This document shows positions 12,091 through 25,430 of a stretch of DNA of 64,000 bases, piece after piece. The notes below the pieces were generated by a model. The model was not told the DNA's origin, did not search any database, and saw only the letters and a program-made list of their open reading frames with translations. Source of the DNA: Octopus vulgaris (Eukaryota); contig OX597816.1 in NCBI GenBank assembly GCA_951406725.2, positions 154,380,001 through 154,444,000 on the forward strand, given 5' to 3'. The position numbers and the translations under genes were made by a program. Numbering within the stretch: position 1 is the first letter of the stretch; each line of letters opens with the position of its first letter.

Positions 12091-15000
12091 GGCATGTCTT
12101 GCCTTTTGATTGCTAATTTCTCTTTTAGGTCCTATAGACAATTGCAGTGCCAGTCAAACTGATGGGCTTCCCCAGACCAAGATTCATAAAAGTGTAATTT
12201 GTTCTGTGATGTGGGAAGAAATCCAAAGTATTTTCATTTCATACTACCATCCTGCTTTCTAATGATGGTGGCATTTTTGCTCCATTCAAGACTTCAGGAT
12301 TCCACTGTAACTTTAGTAAGGTGGTTAATGGGTGCTATACCTTGCCAAAGGGCAACCTGTGATTTTGTCTGGGATTGCTTTTTGAAAATTTTCAGCTAAT
12401 CTATATATGTACAGGCCATTCCCTTATCCACAAACTAGGGACCTGATGGATGGGAATTTCTATCATGACACCATGTATTCTCTGCTTAAAGTTTTAAAGT
12501 TATTTAATTCTGTATTAGTATTGAAACTAAATTTGAATATAAAACAATTCTCTTTTGTTTCATTCTAAATCAATATATGAAAAGGACACCATATTTGTGA
12601 TGGGCAGAAGTGGCTGAACCCTCTATGTTTCTAATGTAAGTCCCACATATAAGGCTCTTTGAACAACAGTGAAACCTTTTTATTTTCATGTAGTTGTGGG
12701 TGGAAAGAAAATATCTGAGTGGATTTGATGGGTTCAAATGAACATCAGGTATATATATTTTTCTGAGAGTGAGTTATGCTGCCTGTTTTATGGGATTTTC
12801 CCTAAACTGGAATATGCTGTTGATAGTATTTTCTTCAATGAACTTGTGATATTTCTGAGCTATGCATGGGATTGAACCTGAAGATTTTTTTATCAAGTGA
12901 GTATGGGTTTTTAGGATCAATCCTAAGCCTAACTCAGCAATATAACTAAAGATGATGTGAATGAATAACTAATTGGAGCATTGTCTCAACAACATATTTG
13001 AAATGAATAAATAGTTTTAAAAAATCCAACATCAACAGCAAGTATTTTGTTTAAGCACAAGGTCTACTTTGATAGAGAAGACCTATGATCGAAAGTATTC
13101 CATCTGCAACCTTTTATCAGACATAGTGTATCAAGGACTACATTATCTAATGTGTCATTGTTTTAAAGACAACTGAGTGTGGTTTGTAACAGGTCAAATG
13201 ATTGCATAGAGGCCCTTGTCTTAGCTCACAGACATATTGTCATCTATTTAAGTAGTGCAATTAATTCTTTATGCTTGAGATTTTCTAGCTGCCAGGAATT
13301 AGTAGGGCATCTGACAATGTCACTGGAGATAAACTGGGTATCCTAGTAGAGGAGGAAGTTGACTTCATACCTATTCAACACTGTGAAACTAGGATTAAAA
13401 AAAGTGTATTTAGGGAAATAGCTACTCAACAGGTTCATCTTTACCAAATTTAATGCTTAACGATAGAAAGAGTTGTCAGGAGCTGAGTGGATGAATTGTG
13501 GGACTATCACATGACCGGCTAAATTAGTGATTTCCAAAATGGGTACTGTTTCCACCTTGCAGGTGCTGGAAGGTAAGGAAGTGGAAAGGGGCATGAGAAA
13601 GCAAGGCAAGGATTTTAGGAACAAAAAATGCAAATCAGTTGTTTCTCATAAAACTGTCACCTGTATTAAATAGCTCAATGAAAGGGCAAGCCTCGTTAAT
13701 GGATAATATAAAAATGAATGATAGTAGACTTATCTGTAAAAATCTTTTGTAACCATGGTACAACTAAAGAAGAAATGTTGACAGTACAGAATACTAAATA
13801 TTAAACATATGGCTTTATTCTGTCACCTAAAACCAAACTTAATCTGCTGTGTCCCTGGCCAATATACTCGACTCATTTTAGTTCAGTTCACCTAACATTA
13901 ATTGGGTGCTATTTTGTGGTAGATATGTTCACTTAAAGCAGAAGCAGCACAATAAAAATGATGAATGTTTCATTCATTTATTTTGTAAGTATGTCACTCA
14001 CATTTTTATTTCAGAATTAGGATTAGTTATTGGTCCCGCACCCTTTACTCTTACAACACAAATGTCAAAGGAATATGGAGTATGAATATATAAGCAAAAA
14101 TGAGCTAAGCGATATATCTCAGAGGAGCTAGTGGCATTGACAAATACAGGTATATCAAGTACCATATAACATAAATCCCTGATTTATTAGAATTATCTCT
14201 GCCTTCAGAGGATGTGCCATAATTACCAAATGGCAGTTGCCACCAGCTCCATATGAAAAAGAGAGATAATCTCAGGAATTAATTTCTCTGAAGCTGATAT
14301 GCTATCATGGAAAAGGACAGGCTTATTGTCTGGAGATAAGAGAAATGCTATAAAGCTATATGTTTCTGTAGAGGTCATCAGCACAGCAATTGTCCAGCCT
14401 TATCTCCAGAAGCCAAGAGGCTGAGACTTACATAAAAAGAGTAGAACATATGACTGGGGTATTTGCATAAATTAAACAAAAGTGAGCTTAGAGAAATGAA
14501 AATGCATTCAGCTGTATGTTTCATCACACATTTAGTAGATGAATGATGAGAAAACTCAGGGCCAATAAGAAATGTGGTTCAGCTGGTATATTGGTCTGGG
14601 GTTTAGATCAGGGGTACTTGGGGACAAGAACAATAATGACACAATAATTAAAATCAATTATAACAACAGCATGACTGTTGTTACAATTGACTATTTTGTT
14701 GAATATACTTCCACAATACTAACCTCTTCCTTTCAGCTAAAGAGAACAGTACAGTGTACTACAAAGAGAGGTACTGTAGATAGGTACGGTACTATAAGTA
14801 CCAAACATACAGTATACCTAACAATTGCTGAAATCAAGTCCTTCAGAGGGCGATGTCCATCTAGAGAGGGAGAAATATTGCCATTAAAAGCAGCAACAGT
14901 AGCAGCAGCAGCAGCAGTAGCAGCAGTAGCAGTAGTAGCTATAGCAGCTGTGGTAGCAGCAGCAGCAACAGCAGCTAAAGCACCTTTTACCTAATTACTT

Positions 15001-15104
15001 AATCTAATCAATGTAGCAGCTGAATTTTTTCAACAAATTGTCTTCCAATCTCAGGCTATTATGATACTCAAAAAATACAAGATAACTCTAGGGTATCCAT
15101 GGTC

Positions 15105-15500
15105 CCTCATAAAAAGTACCCATACTGGTACTATGAACAAAGCACCTGTGCTGGTTCTATGTAAAAAGCATCTGTGCTGGTGCCATATTAAAGGCACCAG
15201 TGCTGGTACCATGTAAAAAGCATCTGTGCTGGTGCCACGAAAAAATGTGCCAGTGCTGGTGCCATTTTAAAAGCGGTAATGCTGGTGCCATGTATAAAGC
15301 ATTGGTGCTGATACTATGTAAAACACACTCAATACACTTTGTAAAGTGGTTGGCATTAGGAAGGACATCCATCTGTGGAAACTATAGCAAAAAAGACAAT
15401 CGAAGCCTTGTGCAACTCTCTGGCTTGCCAGCTCATGTCAAACCAACCAACCCATGCCAGCATGGAAAACACACATTAGATGATGATGATGATGATGATG
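15105..15500 (+). mobile_element. Older RTE-type 3'UTR with short tandem units and (GAT)n tail
   Basis: About seven gtgctggtgccatgtaaaaagca units, ttaggaagg.catcc, then (GAT)n. Confidence 0.75.
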
Positions 15501-15706
15501 TTACAATAGGGTAATTAAAAGCAAAAAAAAACAACAACAAAAAAAAAACAGAATAATTCACTGAATAACCATAGCACACAATAGACACATGATAACCACA
15601 GGGGAACTATGACCCACCATAAATATACAATAACCTCAGAATAATTATGATTCTCAATATATAATATCACGTAATAACTAGGATCCATAGTAAACATAGT
15701 AAATGC

Positions 15707-15762
<56 letters not shown>

Positions 15763-15913
15763 ACCATAGGATATGAGCTGTAATGAATATATAACAAGTA
15801 GAGAGTAACTATGACCCCATCACGATAAACATATAATAAGCACTGAGTAACTGTGTCACACAATCTTTGCTTTGCAACCATGAAGATCAGTTTCTCAGCT
15901 GCTGAGATAAACA

Positions 15914-16144
<231 letters not shown>

Positions 16145-17129
16145 AGCAATGCTGGAACACAGAAGCCAACAAACAAAAATTAAATCCAAGCTGTATTTCA
16201 TTAATTGTATAAGAAAATAAAACAGAAAAAAAAGTATAAAAATAAAAATAATAAATAAGGACAAGACACCTCTTGCCCCATAAAAAAAAGAGAAAAACGG
16301 AGAAACAGAAATGAAAAAAAAAAAAAAAAAGGAAATAAGAAAAGAAAATCTAGTTCAGGCTTGTTGGAATGGTTTGTGAGAAAATATCAAGTTGTTGACA
16401 TTCACAAACAATGGAGTGGAAAGTCTCATATATTCATATATAAAGTATCAATCTTCTATACACAATACATTCCAGAGTTGTTGATAACTGTCCTGGCTGT
16501 TAACTGAATCAATACAATGATGAAATATAATAGCAGAATAGATGATTCACTAGGTTTAGTCTTAATTCTTTTTAGTAGCTTTAAGTCTTTGGGTTATGGC
16601 AGTATTACTGGGGCATTTATTGCTGGGTGAAAAATAAAAAAATAAAAATAGAACAACTTTTTAAAATAGGGTTGAAATGTTGATGTTCGCAGGGAGTTGT
16701 GAGGTTTATTTAAAGTTGAGGCAGACCAGGGAAGACTTGGTGGGGAATTACAAGTATGAAGGTCAGAAATGAAACTGTTATGCTCCCAAAATGATACACA
16801 GATTGTAACAAATTTAGAGGAGGTTAGCTGTGCTGTTAACCATCTAACTCATGTACTGGGGTTGGTTTAATTGATTCTCACTCCTGCAATATTTGTGGCC
16901 TGTGCCTTATTTGTGTTGGGGCTACACACACACACACACACACACTCATGCACGTGCACGTACACACACAAACACATACACACCACCACTGCTGCCACCA
17001 TTGTTGTCATCATCATCATGATCATCATGTAGTGTCCAGCTTCTGTGTTAGTATGGATTAGATGGTTTGACAGAATCCGATGAGTTGGAGGACTACATCA
17101 TGTTCTTGTGTTTACTTTAGCATGCTTTA

Positions 17130-17820
17130 GTTAGTGGGGGTTCCTTTATGGTGATGACTTAGCTCTTATAGCAGATATTGTGGAAGATTTAAGCAAAACC
17201 CAGAATCAAGAGGACTCAGAATAAATTTAGTGAATATTAGTGTTTTAGTCAGTAGGAACGAAAGTAGGGCACTGATACCACCAGGCAAATGGCTGTGTTC
17301 AATATGCAGAAAAGAAATAGGAAGAAATTCCATATGATATACTCATTGTGAAGTATGGCTGTACAAAAGGATGTAGTAGAATCAAAGTCAAGTGATAGTG
17401 AATAAAGACTTTACTTGTAGTAAATGTACAGAAATAACCCTCTGGGCACCAGTAAAATAAATTCTTTGCAATGCCCAGAAGGATTTATATAAGTAGTTGA
17501 CAACTTTTCTTTCTTTTGAGACACAAACAGCAGCATTTTACAAGAAAGTGTAATAGCTATAACCAGAATGGGAGTGAAAAAATTTAGGGAGCTGTTACAT
17601 ATGCTGCTGTCAAAAGAGCTCTCTCTGAGCAAATGGTAGCTTGTACAATGCATGTGTATGAATTGTGATGCTTCATGGTAGTGATACATGGGCACTAAAT
17701 GCAAAAAGATGTATCAGAAATGGAAAGAAACAAAGCAAGTACAATCTACTGGATGCGTAATGACACAGTGAACAAATGATGAGACACAATTGGGCTGACA
17801 GAAAAACTGAGTTTAAGAGG
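17130..17820 (+). pseudogene. Decayed RTE reverse transcriptase fragment
   Basis: FLYGDDLALIAD...RGLRINL...GKWLCSICRKEIGRNSI...KKFRELL...LHGSDTWAL. Confidence 0.75.
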
Positions 17821-17842
17821 AATCAGTTTTAAATATACATTT

Positions 17843-18205
17843 GATTCCAGACCTTGCTTTCACACCTGAAATTTTTCTCTAGTTCTGCTAATGATTCAAC
17901 TATAAGAACAAGGTCATCACCATAGAGGAGCTCCCTTGGGTAGCCAGTCTTAAATTCCTCTGTTATGTCTTCGAGGACTATGATGAACAAGAGAAGGCTG
18001 AGAACTGACCCTTGGTGAAATTCTACTTGTACACTGAATTCATTGCTCTACTCATTGCCAATTTTCACTTTACATCATCCCTGTACAAGGCTTGTACAGC
18101 TCTCACCAACTACTCATCTATCTCTAGCTTAAACAGTGACTACCAGATAACAGAGTGGGGAACCCTATCAAAGGCTTTTTACATGTCAACAAAAGCCAGT
18201 CTGTT
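17843..18205 (-). pseudogene. RTE reverse transcriptase core fragment
   Basis: LAFVDM.KAFDRVP...HQGSVLSLLLFIIVLEDITEEFKTGYPRELLYGDDLVLIVESL. Confidence 0.85.
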
Positions 18206-18367
18206 TGTATTATTTTATTATATATTGTTGTCAATATGAAAATAGCATATTGGCAGAGACAATAGTGTGTTCAACGAGATAAATTTTCAATTTCATTCTT
18301 CTTGTAAATCCAGTCAGAAACTAATTGCAATTCCAAATAACATTTTATGGCTATATATATATATATA

Positions 18368-18491
18368 GATTTGACTGGGCCTGATGAAGCCTTCTGGCTT
18401 CACAGACCCCAGTAGAACCGTCCAACCCATGCTAGCATGGAAAACGGACGCTAAACGATGATGATGATGATGATGATATATATATATATAT

Positions 18492-18526
<35 letters not shown>

Positions 18527-18655
18527 CATCATTTAGCGTCCGTTTTCCATGCTAGCATGGGTTGGACGGTTCAACTGGGGTCTGTGAAGCCAGAAGGCTG
18601 CATCAGGCCCAGTCTGATCTGGCAGTGTTTCTACGGCTGGATGCCCTTCCTAACA

Positions 18656-18660
<5 letters not shown>
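18368..18660. mobile_element. Tail-to-tail inverted pair of RTE 3' ends around (AT)n
   Basis: 18368-18476 (+) and ~18492-18660 (-) are near-identical reverse complements over the shared part. Confidence 0.85.
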
Positions 18661-18717
<57 letters not shown>

Positions 18718-19804
18718 GTTGCAATAATAAGGATTTCTCCTTGAATCAAAAGTCCAAGTTTTGAGGGTAGTGGTTAGCTAATTGAATCAACTTCATTATA
18801 TTATTTACTATCAGTGTTACAGGTGTGAGAGTGTTGGAAATAAATGGTAAAGATAACACAGAGTTTTTTAGATTCTTGCTTTAATAGAAGAAAGGGGCAG
18901 AAATGGTTGAATGATGTGATGTACAAAATATCTCTTAGTATTTAGTAGCATTTATGAGTATTTTAATCCTGCCAAGGATAAATTTGATTTTTTTAAAACC
19001 TTTCTAGAGACAATTAAATAAGTGCTCCAATACTTAATGTTCATTGCTTTTATTTCTCACCCTACATTTTTTAATGGTATTATGTAAATGTGAGAAATCA
19101 TTTCAGTATATTCCAATAGTTTCTTCACCCAGATTGTTAATAATTAAATTCTCTCTGCACCCAAGTGATTGTGTTGACAAAGTCCTGCATTGTCACCACT
19201 AATACATACTTAGCATTTTTTCAGGTGTGCTAAGCTTTATATGTAATTATATTTTAGTAGTTTTGACTATATGTGGGCTGGTGTGTGTAGGTTGTTCAAT
19301 GTAGATTGTTGAATTTATGAGTTTTGGTGATGATGGTGAGTCTCACAAATTAATCAGGTTACAAAAGTAACAACTGAAGGTTGTTACTTCTATAAACTTA
19401 TTAATTTGGTCTATCTGTGATGTGTTAACAATGTATTGTTCTATTTAGTTTTGTTGTTATCCTTAATTAAAAGGTTATCCTTAATTAAAAGAGGTCTATA
19501 ATCAAAGGTATTAGACAATGACCAATATATCTACTGTATAATATTTAGATAGAACATCCAGGACAACATTATCCATTATGTCTATTTTAAAGATAGTATA
19601 ATTTGGGGGTCATTTGACTGCTATTTCTAGTCAGTTGAGTTCTGCATAGGGGTTCCTTCATTAGCTGTCAGACTGTTGTAGTTCAACCAGGATGTTATGA
19701 CAGTAGATAAGTGTAAACATATTTAATGTAGAAAACATAAAAAATTCAACTTGAAATTATTAGAGGAGAAGAAAAGAAAAAATTAGTCATTAATTAATAT
19801 TCAC

Positions 19805-20021
19805 TGCTGCTACTGCCAGCACCACCAGCACCAGCACCAGCACCACCAGCACCAGCACCACCACCACCAGCACCAGCACCACCACCAGCACCACCAGCAC
19901 CACCACCACAACCACCACCACCACCACCACCACCACCACCACCACCACCACCACCACCACCACCACCACCACCAGCACCAGCACCAGCACCACCAGCACC
20001 ACCACCAGCACCAGCACCAGC

Positions 20022-20052
<31 letters not shown>

Positions 20053-20404
20053 CCACCACCAGCACCAGCACCAGCACCAGCACCAGCACCAGCACCAGCA
20101 CCAGCACCAGCACCACCACCAGCACCACCACCAGCACCACCACCAGCACCACCACCAGCACCACCACCAGCACCACCAGCACCACCAGCACCACCAGCAC
20201 CAGCACCAGTGCCACCGCCGCCGCCGCCGCCGCCGCCGCAGCAGCAGCAGCCACCACCACCACCACCACCACCACCACCACCACCACCACCAACAACAAC
20301 AACAGTAACAACAACAGCAGCAGAAGCAGCAGCAGCAGAAGTAGCAGAAGTAGTAGCAGCAGCAGCAACAACAACAACAACAACACCATCATCATCATCA
20401 TCAT
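19805..20404. repeat. Compound trinucleotide tract (CAC/CAG/GCC/CAA/CAT)
   Basis: Direct observation; it runs into the (CAT)n tail of a minus-strand RTE-type end at ~20385-20580. Confidence 0.95.
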
Positions 20405-20896
20405 TTCATACCCATTTTACATAGTGGCAAGTTGGACAGTTAATAGGATCTGATGGGTCAAAGGACCACATTTTCCTGTAGTGTCTCAGTTTTGACATAA
20501 TTTCTACCAGCTGGATGCCCTTCATAACTCCAACAACTTTACAGAAGGTACTGAGAACTTTTTGCATGGCACCACCACTTGTAGGTTTACCTTGTTGTTC
20601 ATGAGGCAAAAGAAGTAAAAGTTGACATATAATGGAAAAAAAAACAAAGCAAATTTATTGTTGTGAAAAGATGATAATGGAGAGACTGACTGATGGAACA
20701 GTGTTGAGTATGGAAGGGTAATAATGGAGGATGCAGAGGAAAAACGGAAAATAATGACAGAGGTTAGTGTGAAAGAGATAGAGTGTGAAAGAGAAGTAGA
20801 AAGCGTGGTGGGAAGGGTTCTGTTGGAAGATCCAGCGTTTATCCTCCCGCCCTCCACCCCTCCGCCCTCCCACTCCCCCCTCCTCCTCCTCCTCCT

Positions 20897-21240
20897 CATC
20901 ATCATCATCATTTAATATCGGTTTTCCATCAATGGGATGGATGGTTTGATGGGAGGTGGGGTAAGTTGAAGGGCTGCCCCAGGTACCAATTGTCTGTTTT
21001 GGCTTGGTCTCAACGGCTGGATGCCCTTCCTAACACCAACCCCTTTACAGAGTGTATTGGTGCCTTTTTCTGTGGCACTAGCAGAGTTGTATTTTTATGT
21101 GGCAGCAGCACGAGTACTTGCTGCGTGGCACTGGCACAGGTGCTTATGTGACTCTGGTACAAGTGCTTTATATATGGCACTGGCATGGATGCTTATTATG
21201 TAGCATCAGTATGGGTACGTTTTACATGGCATCAGTTTGT
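20897..21240 (-). mobile_element. Older RTE-type 3'UTR
   Basis: (CAT)n, ctggatgcccttcctaacaccaacc and short tandem units. Confidence 0.75.
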
Positions 21241-21257
21241 CCACATTATATATATAT

Positions 21258-22134
21258 GCAAAAGTTGGACCTAAGAAGCATCAGATGTGGTGTGCAAGAG
21301 AGATGACTGCACTGGTATGGCCATGTGGCAAGAATGGATGTGGATAGCTGTGTGAAAAAGTGCCACACCCTAGCGGTTGAGGCAACCTGTGGAAGAGGTA
21401 GACCCAGGAAGACCTAGAACGAGGTGGTGAAGCATGACCTTCGAACATTGGGCTTCACCGAGGCAATGACTAGTGACCGGGACATTTGGAAATATGCTGT
21501 GCTTGAGAAGACCCGGCAAGCCAAGTGAGACCATGACCTTGTATGCCAGGGGTATAAACAGCCCACTTATGCGTACCTTTCCTTCATTGGACACTAAACT
21601 CTGCTTGCGAAGACCTGTTGAGGCAAGTGAAAAAGGAAATCGAAATTGAAATCAAATTCGATAACTGGCATCCATGCTAGTGGAGCGCTAAGAGCACCAT
21701 CTGAGCATGATTGTTGCCAGGAGTGTGATCGTTACCTGCATTGCCTTACTGGCACTTGTGCTGGTGGTACGTGAAAAAACATTCGAGTGAGATTGTTGCC
21801 AGTGCCACTGGACTGGCTCCAGTGCAGGTGGCATGTAAAAAACACCATTTGAGCATGCCCATTGCCAGTACCGCCTGAGTGGCCCTCATGCCGGTGGCAC
21901 ATAAAAGCACACACTACACTCTCAGAGTGGTTGGCGTTAGGAAGGGCATCCAGCTGTAGAAACTCTACCAGATCAGATTGGAGCCTTGTGCAGCCATCTG
22001 GTTCACCAGTCCTCAGTCAAATCGTCCAACCCATGCCAGCATGGAAAGCAGACATTAAACAATGACGATATGATGATGATGTCTCACCCATGCTAGCATG
22101 AAACACGGACGTTAAATGATGATGATGATGATGA
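21258..22134 (+). mobile_element. 5'-truncated RTE LINE with a second short tail
   Basis: KLDLRSIRCGVQER.LHWYGHV...GRGRPRKT...DRDIWKYAVLEKTRQAK*, full 3'UTR and (GAT)n. A second tail copy lies at 22086-22134. Confidence 0.9.
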
Positions 22135-23049
22135 TATATCATCATTTTACATTCTCTTTCCATGCTTGCTTGGGTGGGATGGAATCCTAAAAATCTGAGT
22201 CAGTTCTTGGAGTTATACAAATTTATTGTTGAGAGGGGGCCATTGGAAGAGACCAGCAGAGACAGTGTTAAGGAAGGATAATAGAAGGGAAAGGGGGAAA
22301 ACAGTCATATCTGAGTGTTAGTGAGAAAGAGCTGGAGTATGAGGATGATGATGAAAAGGTTTGAGTAGGAAGAGATGCAGTGCTACTCTGTGCTACACAT
22401 GGGTAGTCAGAGTGATGTGTGCAGAAGTGATATGATGATGATAGCAATGAGCCAGATTGTATCTCTAAGTAACATGTCCAAGAGAGCATAGGGATAGAAC
22501 AATTAGGGAGGGTGAGTTGGATTGTCATGAGTCAAACTCTAAATACCTTTCAGTGTCAAGATATGTTCTTAAAGATTTCAGGCAAAAGCTTTTGGTAGAA
22601 GTTCTTCCCTTAAGCCCTTATCAATAGGAGTAATTGAATCTAACCTACTCTGTAAACCAAAACAGCCATAAATTTTACATTGCTACTTCTTACAGCAGTG
22701 GTTTCATCTTAGGTTAGTGATTCATTTTTATGTAGATGGGACCATTTAACATTTAAATATATTGGTCACCCCCCCCACACACACACACATACACACAGAG
22801 AATCAGTGGTGGAATACAAATTACTAACTTTTTATCTGATTGCTGTTTGATACCCTATTGTCTTTGTCATCCAAGCTCTTGATGTGTTTCAACAAATCTG
22901 TATATATGATGGATCTCATGCTAGTTTCAACAATGATCATTCCAGTTGTTCAATCAACACACACACACATGTGCATGCGCACACACATGTACACACACAC
23001 ACACATGCACATACACACATTAACACATATTCACACATACCCACTCATA

Positions 23050-24284
23050 CAGGGGTTGGACAAAATAATGGAAACAACTAGCATCATAGCATCATAATTT
23101 TGAAATATCAATAAAACTGTCAAAAGTTTGTTTATTTTTATGTTTTTGATTTATTATTAGTGTCACTTAATATGTTTTGCTAAAATTACTGTTTCTTTTC
23201 AGATATCATCGAAAAAAAGTAATAAAAATTCATTAAAATGACAGATCTATTGGACTCTCAAAGAGGTCAAATTGTTGGTGCTCATATGGCAGGCGCTAGC
23301 GTAATGAAAGCAGCCGAAATGTTTGGTGTCTCAAGAAGTACTGTCTTGAAAGTAATGACAGCATTTGAGAAAGAGGGAAAAACTTTCTCATGGAAACAAA
23401 ACTCCGGAAGAAAACCAAAACTTTCAGATAAGAACTGTTGGACTCTTATGTGAATTGTTAGAACGAAACACAAAAGTACAGCTCCCAAAATTACTGCAGA
23501 GCTTAAGGACCACCTTGAGAACCCAGCTTCCACAAAAACTGTTTGCCGGGAGCTGCACAAAGCTGGATTTCATGGGAGGGCTGCAATCAGAAAACAAACT
23601 ACTTTCAAAAACAAACGTTGCAAAGCATTTAGAGTGGAGTAAAAACCTACAGAATTGGCCCCTAGAGTAGTGGAAGGCTGTTATTTTCGACCTTATTTCT
23701 GACCACCAGCCAAGTATACATGTGGAGACAGCCAAAAGAAGCATTTGACCCAGACTACCTTCTTCCAACTGTTAAACATAGAGGAGGATCTGTCTTGGAA
23801 ATCTGCTGGCTAAGTGGTTTCCCTTCATGGCAGAATTAATAGTCAAGACAATTTAAACATTTTATCTGATTAGAATCCATCCTATGGTTGCAGAACTGTT
23901 TCCAGAGGGAAACGCAGTCTTTCAGGATGATAATGTACCAATTCACACAACTAAAGTTGTTACTGAATGGCACGAGGAACATTCTAATGAAGTTGAACAT
24001 CTTATCTGGCCACCACAGTCCCCAGATCTCAATATTATTGAACATTTATGGCATTTTAGAAAAACAGGTAAGGAGTCGATATCCTCCACCACCATCACTA
24101 CAAGAACTGGAAACTGTTTTAGCTGAAGAATGGACAAAAATTCCTTTGGAAACAATTCAAACTTTGTACGAGTCCATACCTCATAGAATTCAAACTGTAA
24201 TTACTGCCAAAGACAGTCCTATCCCATATTAAAATAAATTTGTTTGAAATTTTAATGTGTTTCCATTATTTTGTGCAACCCCTG
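23050..24284 (+). mobile_element. Full-length Tc1-family DNA transposon
   Basis: TIRs CAGGGGTTGGACAAAATAATGGAAACA / TGTTTCCATTATTTTGTGCAACCCCTG, each flanked by TA. Confidence 0.95.
23238..24232 (+). pseudogene. Tc1 transposase pseudogene (frameshifts and stops)
   Basis: HTH MTDLLDSQRGQIVG...FGVSRSTV...GRKPKL, and catalytic region FQDDNVPIH...WPPQSPDLNIIEHLW, spread over several frames. Confidence 0.92.
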
Positions 24285-24518
24285 TATGTTCACACACATA
24301 TACACACACCATTCATCATTGTTGAGCTTGACATCCTGATGATAAGTTAATGTGATATTGAAATGTCAATTATATGGGAACTTGGGAAAATTTTGTATAA
24401 ATGCTATCAATAATAATAAATGAACAATGGCTAGAAAAGATATATATGTATATATATATGTGTGTGTGTGTGTATGGTGTGTATGTGTGTACGTACATAC
24501 ATGTATATGTGTGTATGA

Positions 24519-24569
<51 letters not shown>

Positions 24570-24719
24570 TATATGTATATATATATATATATGATTGCAC
24601 ACACACACGCATACATAGGCACATGCATGGCAATGTGGTTAAGATGTTTACTTCCCAATCCTAGGATTTCAGGTTTAGTCCCACTGTGTAGTACCCTAGC
24701 CAATATCTTCTTGTATGGC

Positions 24720-24950
24720 TCTCCATCAGTTACAATGGCAAGTGTTCTAGTTGCTATGATCAACCAAACAACCTGCTCACGAAACTAATGTGCAAGTTGC
24801 TGAGCACTCCACAGACATGACCACCCTTAATGTAATTCTCAGGGAGATTCAGCGTGACACAGAATGTGACGAGGCTGCCTCCTTGAATTACAATTACAAC
24901 TTATTTTTGCCAGCTGAGTGCACTTGAGCAATGCGAAATAAAGTGTCTTT
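24720..24950 (-). mobile_element. Second SINE family (copies 27790-28085, 62600-62920; partial at 11545-11670 and 32190-32310)
   Basis: Three well-matching copies; those at 28.0 kb and 62.9 kb extend into a tRNA-like head on the minus strand. Confidence 0.75.
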
Positions 24951-24999
24951 AGACAGACAGATAAAAGAATTAATGAGTACAGCTCTAAGTTTGATATGC

Positions 25000-25430
25000 A
25001 GGCTGGAATTCATCAGGGTTTGTTCTCAGTTCCTACTTATCGTCATAGTGCTCTTGGCCATAACAGAGGAGTTTAAGGTCAGTTGCCCATGGAAATAATT
25101 TTATGTTCATGATATTATTATAGCTGAATCTGTAGTGGAATTAGAAAATAAATTCCAGGTGGGAAGCAAAGCCAGGAATCAAAAAGCCCTAAAGCAAAGA
25201 TCAGGTTTTGCTTATTAGGAAAACAAATTTCTGCTTCTATCAGGGAAATGGCCTTGATATAAAGAAAAAGGAGTTAGTAGAAATTTCACATGGTGTACCC
25301 AATGTAAATTATGGGCCTGTGCAAGAGATGCAATGGTATCACAGGCAGGTTGCCAGAGAAAGTAGATTTCATATGTGATAGCTTCTCAGGAGCAATAGGT
25401 GCTAAGTTCATGTGGGAAATAGACTTTCCC
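25000..25430 (+). pseudogene. Decayed RTE reverse transcriptase fragment
   Basis: GIHQG...AITEEFKVSCPWK...IAESVVELENKFQV, followed by a relic of the Cys-rich insert. Confidence 0.7.

Noticed and set aside
12129-12193. Possible exon after a good acceptor (ctaat...tcttttag)
   Set aside because: The donor is weak and the peptide is not recognisable; it cannot be supported without RNA data.
15105-15330. Regularly spaced short repeats resembling a CRISPR array (also 42030-42300)
   Set aside because: Eukaryotic context, spacers similar to each other, no cas genes; they are part of RTE 3'UTRs.
19790-20424. Poly-Val/Leu and poly-Pro/Gln ORFs
   Set aside because: Pure trinucleotide repeat with no non-repetitive coding context.
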